Positions 17,566 to 27,200 of a stretch of DNA of 32,000 bases are shown here, piece after piece. A model generated the notes under the pieces. That model saw only the letters and a program-made list of their open reading frames with translations. It ran no database searches and was not told the DNA's origin. The stretch comes from Gammaproteobacteria bacterium (GTDB lineage Bacteria > Pseudomonadota > Gammaproteobacteria > JBIOEC01), in the NCBI GenBank assembly GCA_965279305.1, contig OZ257143.1:1740001-1772000 (forward strand). Direction: 5' to 3'. The stretch's first letter is position 1; each line of letters opens with the position of its first letter. Made by a program: the position numbers and the translations under genes.

Positions 17566-19593
17566 CTATTTTCTCAACAGTGCTGAACATTTTTGTTCCA
17601 AAGCACTGATAACACGTTGAACACAAGCATCAACTTCAGCATCCGTTAAGGTACGTTGTGAATGCTGTAGTGTCAAGCCCATCGCAATACTTTTAGCATC
17701 ATCAGGCACACCTTTACCTTGATATACATCAAACACAGTGAAATCAATTAATTGCTCGCCTGCTGCGGCTCTTACCACCTCTTCTATCGTTGAAGACAAA
17801 AGATCGGCTTTTACAATAACAGCGATATCACGGCGCACGCTAGGGAACACAGATAAGGGTCTATACTGAGGCAAAGCAGCCCATTGTAACTCTGATAATA
17901 TTAATTCAAACCCATACACAGGCGTTTTAATATCTAGTGCCTGTAATACTCGAGGATGAAATGCCCCCAAATAGCCAACCACTTTTTTATGCTTATCAAC
18001 AATCGCGGCTGTTTTACCCGGATGTAAAGCAGAATGCTCGCCTTTAATAAAAGTAAATTCATCTGCTTTATGGGTTAAAGCTAATAATGTTTCCATATCT
18101 GCTTTAATAGTATAAAAATCACTATCGGTTTTATTTTTCCATTGCTCTTTAGATAAGGAGCCCATCACTACACCCGCCAAACGCGGTTGTTGTAACAATT
18201 CATTTTTTTGTGGAAGAAAACAAACACCCGCTTCAAAACAACGAAAACGATTTTGTTGACGATTAATATTATATTGTAAAACACTGAGTAACCCCGGCCA
18301 CAAACTGGTTCTCATCACTGACAAATCGCTAGCAATAGGATTGACTAAATCTAAAGGTTTTAGATGAGGTTCACATAGTGTTTGAATCATGGGATCCACA
18401 AAACTATAAGTAATAACTTCTTGATAACCTCTATCAGCTAAAACCGTTGAATATTTATCAGCGGTTAAATGTTGTTGCGCTTCATTAGGGAGAGTCATCA
18501 ATAAATAGGGTGCAGTTGCCGGAATTTTAGTATAACCATAAACACGAGCGACTTCTTCAATCAGATCTTCAGGTAATTGAATATCAAAACGATATGAAGG
18601 TGCTTTTACTTCCCAAGCCCCTGCTTTACCTTTTACATCCATTCCTAAACGCTCTAGTATATTTTTTATTTCGCTATCGGGAATTTTTACGCCTAATAAA
18701 CGAGTAACGTGTTCGCTCGTTAATTTAACAGAATGATTTTTCGGCAAATATTTTTCAGCTTCTGCTTTTATAATCGGTCCAGCATTTCCAGAAGAAATAG
18801 ATAATAAAAGCGCTGTGGCTCTATCTAACGCTTTAATAGGTAATTCCGGATCCACACCACGTTCAAATCGATGAGATGCATCGGTTTGTAATCCGTAATA
18901 ACGCGCACGGCCATGAATAGCTTCGGGTGCAAAAAAAGCGCTTTCAATTAAAATAGCTGTCGTATTTTCCGTAACACCACTATCCAGCCCACCCATAATA
19001 CCTGCAATGGCTAATGGGTTTTTCTTATCAGCAATAATTAACGTATTAATATCTAGCTCAACGTCTTTATTATCTAATAAAACCAACTTCTCGCCATGTC
19101 TTGCGTGACGCACTTCAATTTCACCATCAATTTTATTTAAATCAAACGCATGCAAAGGTTGCCCTGTTTCCATCATCACATAATTCATCACATCCACTAC
19201 CAATGAAATACTATTAATACCTGATTGTTGTAGGCGTTTTTTAATAGTGTCTGGAGTTTTAATAGTATTATCAATATTTTCAATCACACGTGCGGTATAA
19301 CGCGGACACGCTTTTTCTAAAGCAACTTTTATGGGAACTGTTTTTTTAGAGCTCGCTTTAGGTGTGACATGTTGATGCGTATTAAAAGCGATAGAATTAA
19401 TGGCTGAAATTTCTCTTGCCAAACCTTGAACTGATAAACAATCACCACGATTAGGGGTTAATTGAATATCATACACATGGTCATGACTAACAGAATCTAC
19501 TTCTAAACCAGATAAAGATAACTGATCGGCCAACGCTTGTGCGGACGCATTTATTTTTACGAACTCTTTTAACCAATCATATGAAATTTTCAT
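17566..19593 (-). CDS. pheT: phenylalanine--tRNA ligase beta subunit (short form lacking the N-proximal OB-fold tRNA-binding domain)
   Basis: 675 aa, collinear with E. coli PheT across the B1, B3/4, B5, B6/7 and B8 regions (TPNRGDCLS, ACPRYTARV, GQPLHAFD, HRFERGVDP, EEVARVYGY, FPSVRRDIAV). The ~110-120 aa segment after LEVD is missing. The start overlaps the pheS stop (TAATG). Confidence 0.95.
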   Translation of the reverse strand: MKISYDWLKEFVKINASAQALADQLSLSGLEVDSVSHDHVYDIQLTPNRGDCLSVQGLAREISAINSIAFNTHQHVTPKASSKKTVPIKVALEKACPRYTARVIENIDNTIKTPDTIKKRLQQSGINSISLVVDVMNYVMMETGQPLHAFDLNKIDGEIEVRHARHGEKLVLLDNKDVELDINTLIIADKKNPLAIAGIMGGLDSGVTENTTAILIESAFFAPEAIHGRARYYGLQTDASHRFERGVDPELPIKALDRATALLLSISSGNAGPIIKAEAEKYLPKNHSVKLTSEHVTRLLGVKIPDSEIKNILERLGMDVKGKAGAWEVKAPSYRFDIQLPEDLIEEVARVYGYTKIPATAPYLLMTLPNEAQQHLTADKYSTVLADRGYQEVITYSFVDPMIQTLCEPHLKPLDLVNPIASDLSVMRTSLWPGLLSVLQYNINRQQNRFRCFEAGVCFLPQKNELLQQPRLAGVVMGSLSKEQWKNKTDSDFYTIKADMETLLALTHKADEFTFIKGEHSALHPGKTAAIVDKHKKVVGYLGAFHPRVLQALDIKTPVYGFELILSELQWAALPQYRPLSVFPSVRRDIAVIVKADLLSSTIEEVVRAAAGEQLIDFTVFDVYQGKGVPDDAKSIAMGLTLQHSQRTLTDAEVDACVQRVISALEQKCSALLRK

Positions 19594-20609
19594 TAATTAA
19601 ATTCTCGCAAAAAGCGTAAATCATTAGAAAAAAACAAACGTAAATCATCTACACCGTAACGTAGCATAGCCATACGCTCAATACCCATACCAAAAGCGTA
19701 ACCACTATAACGTTTAGCATCAATACCTAAATTGGTTAACACATTAGGGTGAACCATGCCGCAACCCATCACTTCTAACCAACGAGAGTTTCCGGGGAAA
19801 CGAATATCCACTTCGGCTGAAGGTTCAGTAAAAGGAAAATAAGAAGGACGAAAACGAATTTCAATATCGTCTCGCGCAAAAAAATAATATAAAAACATTT
19901 GTAACATGCCACGCAAATCAGAAAAAGTTACATTTTCATCTATCATCAAAGCTTCTATTTGATGAAACATAGGTGAATGCGTAGCATCTCTATCGCAACG
20001 ATAAACGCGACCGGGGGCAATAATACGCACCGGCGGTGTCTTTTTTTCAGATACAAGATTTTCTAATACATGAATTTGTACAGGCGAGGTATGGCTACGT
20101 AATAAACGGCCATCGCCAAAATAAAAAGTATCGTGCATAGCACGAGCAGGATGATGCTCAGGTGTATTGAGCGCGGTGAAATTATAATATTCCGTTTCTA
20201 CTTCAGGCCCTTCCGCAATTTGAAAACCCCATTGCAAAAAAGCATCACAAATACGTTGGCGGGTTAAGGTAATAGGATGTAAGCCACCATATTCCATTCC
20301 AATACCTGGTAAAGTCACATCAATAGATTCTTTGGCTAGTGAGTTTGATAATTCTGAAGATTGTAATTCTTGAAGACGTTGTTCGATTAAAGCTGTCACT
20401 TCTTGTTTAGCACGATTAATATGCTGGCCTGCGGCTGCACGTTGATCGGGAGGTAATTCGCCCAATTGTTTTAACAAAAGAGTAAGTTCACCTTTTTTAC
20501 CTAAATAAGAAACACGAATTTGATCCAGAGAAGATAAATCAGGCGCAGCAGCGATTGCCGCTTGCGCCTGGTTTATGAAAGTGCCTACATCCTTAGCAGT
20601 ATATTCCAT
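19593..20609 (-). CDS. pheS: phenylalanine--tRNA ligase alpha subunit
   Basis: 338 aa with class II aaRS motifs ([50 protein letters not shown]). Confidence 0.97.
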   Translation of the reverse strand: MEYTAKDVGTFINQAQAAIAAAPDLSSLDQIRVSYLGKKGELTLLLKQLGELPPDQRAAAGQHINRAKQEVTALIEQRLQELQSSELSNSLAKESIDVTLPGIGMEYGGLHPITLTRQRICDAFLQWGFQIAEGPEVETEYYNFTALNTPEHHPARAMHDTFYFGDGRLLRSHTSPVQIHVLENLVSEKKTPPVRIIAPGRVYRCDRDATHSPMFHQIEALMIDENVTFSDLRGMLQMFLYYFFARDDIEIRFRPSYFPFTEPSAEVDIRFPGNSRWLEVMGCGMVHPNVLTNLGIDAKRYSGYAFGMGIERMAMLRYGVDDLRLFFSNDLRFLREFN

Positions 20610-20620
20610 AGTTTAGGAAA

Positions 20621-21001
20621 TTATGCTGCTTTAGCAGAAGAATGGCGAGCAAGTGCAGCTTTTGCTTTTTCAGCAATTGCAGCAAAGGCAGCCGGATCAT
20701 GAACTGCTAAATCGGCAAGCACTTTACGATCCACTTCGATTTGCGCTAAATTCAGACCCGCGATTAAACGACTGTATGTTAAGTCGTGTAAACGAGCTGC
20801 TGCGTTAATACGAATGATCCAAAGCGCACGGAACTGACGCTTACGTTGACGTCTGTCACGAAATGCGTACTGTCCAGCTTTAATAACCGCTTGCTTAGCC
20901 ACACGGAAAATGCGACTGCGAGCGCCATAATAGCCTTTCGCTTGTTTTAATATTTTCTTATGTCTTGCACGCGCAATGACACCACGTTTAACTCTGGCCA
21001 T
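20621..21001 (-). CDS. rplT: 50S ribosomal protein L20
   Basis: [30 protein letters not shown]... is canonical L20, with an Ala-rich C-terminal extension. AGGGGG lies upstream. Confidence 0.97.
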   Translation of the reverse strand: MARVKRGVIARARHKKILKQAKGYYGARSRIFRVAKQAVIKAGQYAFRDRRQRKRQFRALWIIRINAAARLHDLTYSRLIAGLNLAQIEVDRKVLADLAVHDPAAFAAIAEKAKAALARHSSAKAA

Positions 21002-21003
21002 GA

Positions 21004-21207
21004 TTAACCCCCTTTGGCTATTAACATTGCCCTAACGTGACGCTCATCACCTTTGTGCATCACACCCATCGCACGCAATTGACGCATACGTTTAGATGAT
21101 TTTTTCGTTAAGATATGGTTACGAAACGCCCGTCGATGCTTTACACGTCCAGAAGCTGTTGGTTTAAAACGCTTAGCGGCACCACGGTGGGTCTTTAGTT
21201 TAGGCAT
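21004..21207 (-). CDS. rpmI: 50S ribosomal protein L35
   Basis: [36 protein letters not shown] is canonical L35. AAGGAG lies 7 nt upstream. Confidence 0.95.
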   Translation of the reverse strand: MPKLKTHRGAAKRFKPTASGRVKHRRAFRNHILTKKSSKRMRQLRAMGVMHKGDERHVRAMLIAKGG

Positions 21208-21238
21208 GATTTAACTCCTTACCTTTTGTTACAAATAA

Positions 21239-21425
21239 ACAAGATATAAATATCTTGTCCCAATGAGCAGGCTGGTGTCCACCGAACCAAGCCGTGCTCT
21301 AGGACGCTCTAAAACCGTGTGATATGTCGTTAAAGGGGTTCCGGAAATTGCTCACATACAAACCAAGTATGCTGCTCATTTCCGAAACCCCTTTGCCTAG
21401 TCTCACATCGTTTTTAGTGCGTCCT
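21239..21425 (-). promoter_or_regulatory. highly structured infC-rpmI spacer; candidate L20 translational operator / leader
   Basis: Long imperfect hairpin. The outer arms 21301-21322 / 21403-21425 pair at ~19 of 22 positions. The inner arms 21332-21348 / 21378-21394 pair at 16 of 17 positions. A separate perfect 9-bp-arm palindrome acaagatat-aa-atatcttgt lies at 21239-21258, ~30 nt before the rpmI start. Confidence 0.45.
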
Positions 21426-21437
21426 AATTCTTTATTA

Positions 21438-21983
21438 TTATTTTTTCTTTTTAGGGCCAATCATCATGACTAATTGACGGCCTTCTAATTTGGCTTGCTG
21501 CTCTAATACAATCAGATCAGCTAGCTCTTTTTCAATACGGTGTAAAATTCCCATACCTAATTCGTTGTGCATCAACTCCCGACCACGAAAACGTACGGTG
21601 ATTTTTACTTTATCTCCATGCTCCAAGAAACGCTTAATATTATTCAGCTTTACTTGGTAATCGCCTTCTTCTGTTACTGGGCGAAATTTAATTTCTTTAA
21701 TCTGAATCATTTTTTGTTTTTTACGAGCCACTTGCGCTTTTTTATTCAGCTCGTATAAAAACTTGCCCTTATCCATAATTCGACACACGGGCGGTGTAGC
21801 AGTAGGAGAAATAACTACTAATTCTAAATCATCTCCACTTTCTTCCGCTGCTGTTTGTGCAGCATCTTCCGCGGCTGCAACAGAGACTACGCCTAGCTGG
21901 CTGCCATCCACTCCTAACAGCCTAACTTCTGAGACATTTAAATCTCTTACCGATACCATTCTTTTTTCTGCAGTTTTTTTCAT
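21438..21983 (-). CDS. infC: translation initiation factor IF-3
   Basis: Collinear with E. coli IF3 ([63 protein letters not shown]). The start codon is uncertain because IF3 genes often use AUU, but here an in-frame ATG fits the expected N-terminal length. Confidence 0.92.
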   Translation of the reverse strand: MKKTAEKRMVSVRDLNVSEVRLLGVDGSQLGVVSVAAAEDAAQTAAEESGDDLELVVISPTATPPVCRIMDKGKFLYELNKKAQVARKKQKMIQIKEIKFRPVTEEGDYQVKLNNIKRFLEHGDKVKITVRFRGRELMHNELGMGILHRIEKELADLIVLEQQAKLEGRQLVMMIGPKKKK

Positions 21984-22007
21984 GTGTCTTTTACTTATCC
22001 TTCCCTA

Positions 22008-23927
22008 TCAATTTCTGATCCGACCAAGCTGCTGAGCTTCAGTCGCCAATTCTGCTACAAAGTCGTTTACGCTATAAGCGCCCTTATCAGTACCATCGCG
22101 CTTACGCACGGTGATCTGTTTCTGCTCTTTTTCTCTATCGCCTATCACCACTAAGTAAGGCACTTTTTCTAGAGTGTGTTCCCGAATTTTAAAGCCTATC
22201 TTCTCATTTCTCAAGTCTGCCTTAGCGCGTACGCCAGCAGCAATCAATTCATTCGTTACTTGCTCAGCATAATCGGCTTGAGCATCCGTAATGGTCATCA
22301 CCACTACTTGAACCGGCGCTAACCATAAAGGAAAAGCACCCGCGTATTCTTCAATCAGAATACCAATAAAACGTTCAAAAGAGCCTAGCACCGCTCTATG
22401 TAACATCACCGGCACTTTCTGGCTACCATCTTCTGCCACATAATGCGCACCTAAGCGTTCAGGCAACGAAAAGTCTAGCTGCAAGGTACCGCATTGCCAC
22501 ACTCGGTTCAAGCTATCTCTTAACGAGAATTCAATTTTAGGACCGTAAAACGCGCCCTCGCCTGGATTTAACTCCCAGGTTAATTGCTTATCATCTAGGG
22601 CTTGCGTTAATAAACGCTCAGCTTTATCCCAGATGGCATCAGAGCCTACTCGCTTTTCGGGTCGTGTAGATAATTTCATTTCTACCTTATCAAACCCAAA
22701 ATCAGAGTAAATCTGAAACACTTGCTCAATAAACGCAATGGCTTCACTATAAATTTGCTCTTCAGTACAAAAAATATGGCCATCATCTTGCACCATACTA
22801 CGCACTCTCATCAAACCATGCAAAGAACCCGAAGTTTCATTGCGATGGCAGCATCCAAACTCGGCAAATCGTAAGGGTAAATCGCGGTAACTTTTAATAC
22901 CTTGATTAAACACCTGAATATGGCCTGGGCAGCTCATGGGCTTTACAGCATATTCACGATTCTCAGAGGAAGTCGTAAACATATGCTCGTGGAACTTTTC
23001 CCAATGCCCTGAACGCTCCCACAAGGTTCTATCTAATAGCTGCGGGGTGCGAATTTCTTGATATCCCCAAAAGCGTTGCCATTGGCGAATATACTGCTCA
23101 ATCACTTGCCACACTATCCACCCTTTAGGGTGCCAAAAAATCATGCCGGGCGCTTCTTCCTGAATATGGAAGAGATCCAAGGCCTTGCCTAATTTGCGAT
23201 GGTCTCGCTTTTCGGCTTCTTCAATTCGGTGCAAATACTCTTGCAACTCCGTCTGGCTAGGCCATGCGGTTCCGTAAACCCGCTGTAGCATTTCATTCTT
23301 CTGATCGCCTCTCCAATACGCGCCGGCCAATTTGGTCAGCTTAAAGGCTTTCAGCTTGCCCGTGTTAGGCACATGTGGCCCACGGCACAAATCCACAAAA
23401 TCGCCTTGGCGATACAGCGATACATCTTCGCCTTCAGGGATAGCCCCAATAATCTCGGCTTTATATTTTTCGCCTATGCCTTTAAAGAAAGCCACTGCTT
23501 CATCTCTAGGCACCACTTCGCGTGTCACAGGATAATTAGCCTTGGCCAATTCCTGCATTTTGCTTTCAATCGCTGCGATATCCTCAGGCGTAAACGGCCT
23601 GGAATACGCAAAATCATAATAAAACCCATCTTCAATCACAGGACCAATCGTCACCTGTGCATCGGGGTATAAACTCTTTACCGCATGAGCCAGTAAATGA
23701 GCGGCTGAGTGTCTTAGCACTTCTAAGCCTTCCGGATTTTTATCCGTAATAATGCTAACCTTCGCATCTTTATCCAAAACAGCGCTGATATCCACCAGCT
23801 TACCGTCTACCTTTCCGGCCAATGCGGCTTGACCCAGGCTTTTTGCAATAGAAGACGCCAACTCAGCCACGGTTATAGGCTTATCAAATGGTCGTTGACT
23901 GCCATCTGGCAATGTAATTATCGGCAT
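22008..23927 (-). CDS. thrS: threonine--tRNA ligase
   Basis: 639 aa with a TGS domain at the N-terminus, the editing-domain motif [11 protein letters not shown], class II core motifs (RDHRKLG, FRHE-like [20 protein letters not shown]) and a C-terminal anticodon-binding domain. GGAAG lies upstream. Confidence 0.97.
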   Translation of the reverse strand: MPIITLPDGSQRPFDKPITVAELASSIAKSLGQAALAGKVDGKLVDISAVLDKDAKVSIITDKNPEGLEVLRHSAAHLLAHAVKSLYPDAQVTIGPVIEDGFYYDFAYSRPFTPEDIAAIESKMQELAKANYPVTREVVPRDEAVAFFKGIGEKYKAEIIGAIPEGEDVSLYRQGDFVDLCRGPHVPNTGKLKAFKLTKLAGAYWRGDQKNEMLQRVYGTAWPSQTELQEYLHRIEEAEKRDHRKLGKALDLFHIQEEAPGMIFWHPKGWIVWQVIEQYIRQWQRFWGYQEIRTPQLLDRTLWERSGHWEKFHEHMFTTSSENREYAVKPMSCPGHIQVFNQGIKSYRDLPLRFAEFGCCHRNETSGSLHGLMRVRSMVQDDGHIFCTEEQIYSEAIAFIEQVFQIYSDFGFDKVEMKLSTRPEKRVGSDAIWDKAERLLTQALDDKQLTWELNPGEGAFYGPKIEFSLRDSLNRVWQCGTLQLDFSLPERLGAHYVAEDGSQKVPVMLHRAVLGSFERFIGILIEEYAGAFPLWLAPVQVVVMTITDAQADYAEQVTNELIAAGVRAKADLRNEKIGFKIREHTLEKVPYLVVIGDREKEQKQITVRKRDGTDKGAYSVNDFVAELATEAQQLGRIRN

Positions 23928-23967
23928 TTTCGCTTCCTTCGATACTGCTCACAGTACTGGGCTTAGA

Positions 23968-24042
23968 TGGTAGGCGCGAGTGGGATCGAACCACCGACCA
24001 CCACCATGTCAAGGTGGTGCTCTACCACTGAGCTACGCGCCT
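23968..24042 (-). tRNA. tRNA-Val (anticodon GAC)
   Basis: The reverse complement folds as AGGCGCG-TA-GCTC-AGTGGTA-GAGC-A-CCACC-TTGACAT-GGTGG-TGGTC-GGTGG-TTCGATC-CCACT-CGCGCCT-ACCA. It is 75 nt with an encoded CCA, 40 nt upstream of thrS on the same strand. Confidence 0.93.
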
Positions 24043-24153
24043 CTGACACCAATACCTACTCATTCCAAAATATATCGACTTAACTGCCTAATATACCAGT
24101 TCTAGGGGGGGTGAGGCAAGAACGAATAGACTTGATTGCCTAGCAAAGAAAAT

Positions 24154-24182
24154 TTGAGTTTATCGACTAACAATGGTAGAAT
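24154..24182 (+). promoter_or_regulatory. candidate sigma70-type promoter for the 1332-aa ORF
   Basis: TTGAGT (24154-24159), a 17-nt spacer, then TAGAAT (24177-24182), 24 nt before the ATG at 24206. This is a sequence match only. Confidence 0.3.
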
Positions 24183-24205
24183 AAGAACTTCAAACTTAAC
24201 TCAGT

Positions 24206-27200
24206 ATGAATCTTATGATTTTGCTACTAAAAACGATAGAAAATGCTCCCGTTTCTCAATGGGAAAAGTTCCAAGGCTTTTTTCAAAAATGGCAGGACAA
24301 GTCCGTTCCTAAGGAATTTAGTCAATATCTCCGTGAGTTTTTAATATCGTTAAACATCCCAGCTGAAGACCCAAGTGAAAATATAGCCCAGCTATTTGAT
24401 ACTAATTCTGAACCAAAAGAAGAACTATTAGACGCGCTGCATATATTGGCCTTTTCATCTAACCCGCATGTTCGCTTATGGAGCCGGATCGCTTCATATG
24501 TATTAACCCCTGATGCCTTTGCTCAAAAGCCAAACGAATTACCTCCATTCACTGATGAAAATGAATGGAACAGCCTTTACGAAGAATATTTTTCGGTCTG
24601 GCCTGCAGCCTTTGCCGCGGGTCTTTTAACCTATCAATATACAGTTGTAGATGAAAATGACCAAAGTCAAACCACCTATAAATTCAACGATGCCAGTGCT
24701 GTACTGAAACATAGAAATATTTTAATTTCACGATATCCAGCATCAGCTCCATACATAGCTGATGAAGATGGCTCACTCGCTATTTTGGAAAGAGCGAAGC
24801 TTGATAAGAAGAATCCTCCATTGCTTGAAAACTCAAGTAATATTTCTAGAGTATGTCCTGATATATACGAAAATATTGAAACAGAGTTCGTCTCTAGCCA
24901 ATCAATGATTATCCACTTAATGCTACTTCACGTAGGACTCAATCAAGGTGGTTCAGGTAGCGCAGGCGGCTCAGAAGAGCGGGCTACGGTTCCTGCACAA
25001 CGAGCTACCGAAAACTTTTTTAAGTTAGTCGAACACACAACAGATGACCAAAAAAAAACATTACAAACCACCGGAATTGAAACCATTTATATCCGTTTAA
25101 GAAAACCTGCTAGCGATTTGTCTGCTTGTGTAAACATGAATGCCGGTATTATAGATGAAATATTTAAAGATGATAAAAAACTAAAAAAACTTTTCCAGCT
25201 TAAAGTTTCAAAAAAGAAAAAAGAAAAAAAAGAACAGCCCCAAGAAAAACACGAAGGCGACCATACATTAATCGAAAAAATAAAAGATACTCAACGCCAC
25301 TGTGCTTATGAAAATAATAAAACTTTAAGAAATGGTGATATTGAAACCATTAGAGATTTATTATTATCCGTGCAACATGAAGAATCCCCCACTAAAAATC
25401 TATACAATCAACTAGGTGAGCATGAAATAACCGATTCATTTTTACTTTCCAGTATAGGAGCAGAAATAGAAAGAATGGGTTTTCAGTTATGGATCAAATC
25501 CATATCCGATTTTCATCTTTTAGCTAGTTTATTTAAAAATGATGAGGTTCTTTTAACAAAAATAAAAAAATGGACCTTGTCTAATCTGAAATATACCATC
25601 ACATCAAAAAATGATTTGATCGGCTTTATTATTTCAGCTAAAGACCCTAAGTTTGTCCAAAGATTTTTGAGAAAAAACCCTATTGACAAATCGATATCTA
25701 TTTCAACACACCCTGATCTAGAAGCTCCTTTCAATGATTATTCAAAAGAATTTAGACTATTGATATGGGACTCATTAAATCTTGACGACGAATTTATATC
25801 ACAAATAATCGAAGGCAATAAAGAAAGGTTTTTTGCCTTCGCATATTTTTTATTACAAAGAAATGATGAGCCTAAGAGTTTTGAAACAACATCAAGCCAA
25901 ATAATCCCATTTCCACCGATTCTTCTGGAACCAGAAAAAGCCCAAAATCTTGAAGTTATAAAAAAAGAAGTTAAAAACACAGTAGTCCACTTTCTTTCAG
26001 AAATGGACGAAGCTATTATAAACTCCTTTGATTTTATGAAAGAAACCGCCAGGCAAAATATTTTAGCAAGATCTATAAGAAATAATACAAACCCAACAGA
26101 ACAAGAAATTGAAGAAGAAATTGGAAATATGTTTTTTTACACAGGAGAAAACGACGCTATTCAAAAAAAACCCAAATTTTCTCTTAATTTCAAGGAAATA
26201 TCAGAAACTATTAAAATAGATGGGACAGAAGTAAAAATAAAATTTTCACAAAAACAAAAAGATAAACTGCGTGACTTTTATTACAAAAAATTTGAAATGA
26301 CTTATGTTAGACTCATAAAATCCATATCAGATGAAGATAAGTCTTTAAAACAAAAATTAACAGAATGCCCACCTGAGTATCCTTTGTCTGACACAGCAAG
26401 AATGGATTTGTTTTTACATGCTACAATAACAAATCAAGATGATTATCTAAGTGATGCAATAACAGAAAACTTCAATAAAACTGTTTTTATTGAAAGATTT
26501 ATTCACCGTTTTTTTAATGCTCCTTTAACCAATGAAACATTAATCCTTCTCAATACACAGTTACGCAAACTACTGACCTCCCCAAATCATCCATTGCGGA
26601 TCCCTAGAGGGTACTTTTTTACTGCTCAAAATGGAGTGACAAAAAGTCTAAAAACATTAATAGTGGCCATATTGGAAAATATTATTGAAAAAATAGAGGC
26701 TCCGACAGGATCGGACGAACCTTATATAATCCAAAGAGCAAGACTTGTACATCTATTGGGCATCTTATCGGTCTTTTTAGAATCCATAAAACTGTCTAAT
26801 CCAACGGATTATGCTGATATCAAAAAAAGCATTCGTGATTTTAGAAAATCTCCTAAAATTGCCTCAATTCTCAGTTATGAAGAATTTAGCTCAGACGAAG
26901 AAGACAATTCAGCTGCTGTAGTTCAACCTGTAGTTGCTCAACCTGTAGCTGTGCAACCTGTAGCTGTGCAACCTGTAGCTGTGCAACCTGTAGCTGTGCA
27001 ACCTGTAGCTGTGCAACCTGTAGCTGTGCAACCTGTAGCTGTGCAACCTGTAGCTGTGCAACCTGTAGCTGTGCAACCTGTAGCTGTGCAACCTGTAGCT
27101 GTGCAACCTGTAGCTGTGCAACCTGTAGCTGTGCAACCTGTAGCTGTGCAACCTGTAGCTGTGCAACCTGTAGCTGTGCAACCTGTAGCTGTGCAACCTG

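Noticed and set aside
20610-20620. pheM-type leader peptide or attenuator upstream of pheS
   Set aside because: Only 11 nt separate the rplT stop from the pheS start, leaving no room for a leader peptide or attenuator.
21960-22010. Non-canonical AUU start for infC
   Set aside because: An in-frame ATG at 21983 gives an N-terminus of the expected length relative to E. coli IF3. I cannot show use of an alternative start from sequence alone.
25050-25058. Homopolymeric A tracts inside paralog A (A9 at 25050-25058 and 27958-27966, A8 at 26163-26170) as phase-variation switches
   Set aside because: They encode Lys/Gln-Lys runs in very AT-rich, lysine-rich coding sequence, where such tracts are expected. 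The reading frame is intact, and nothing in a single sequence shows variability.
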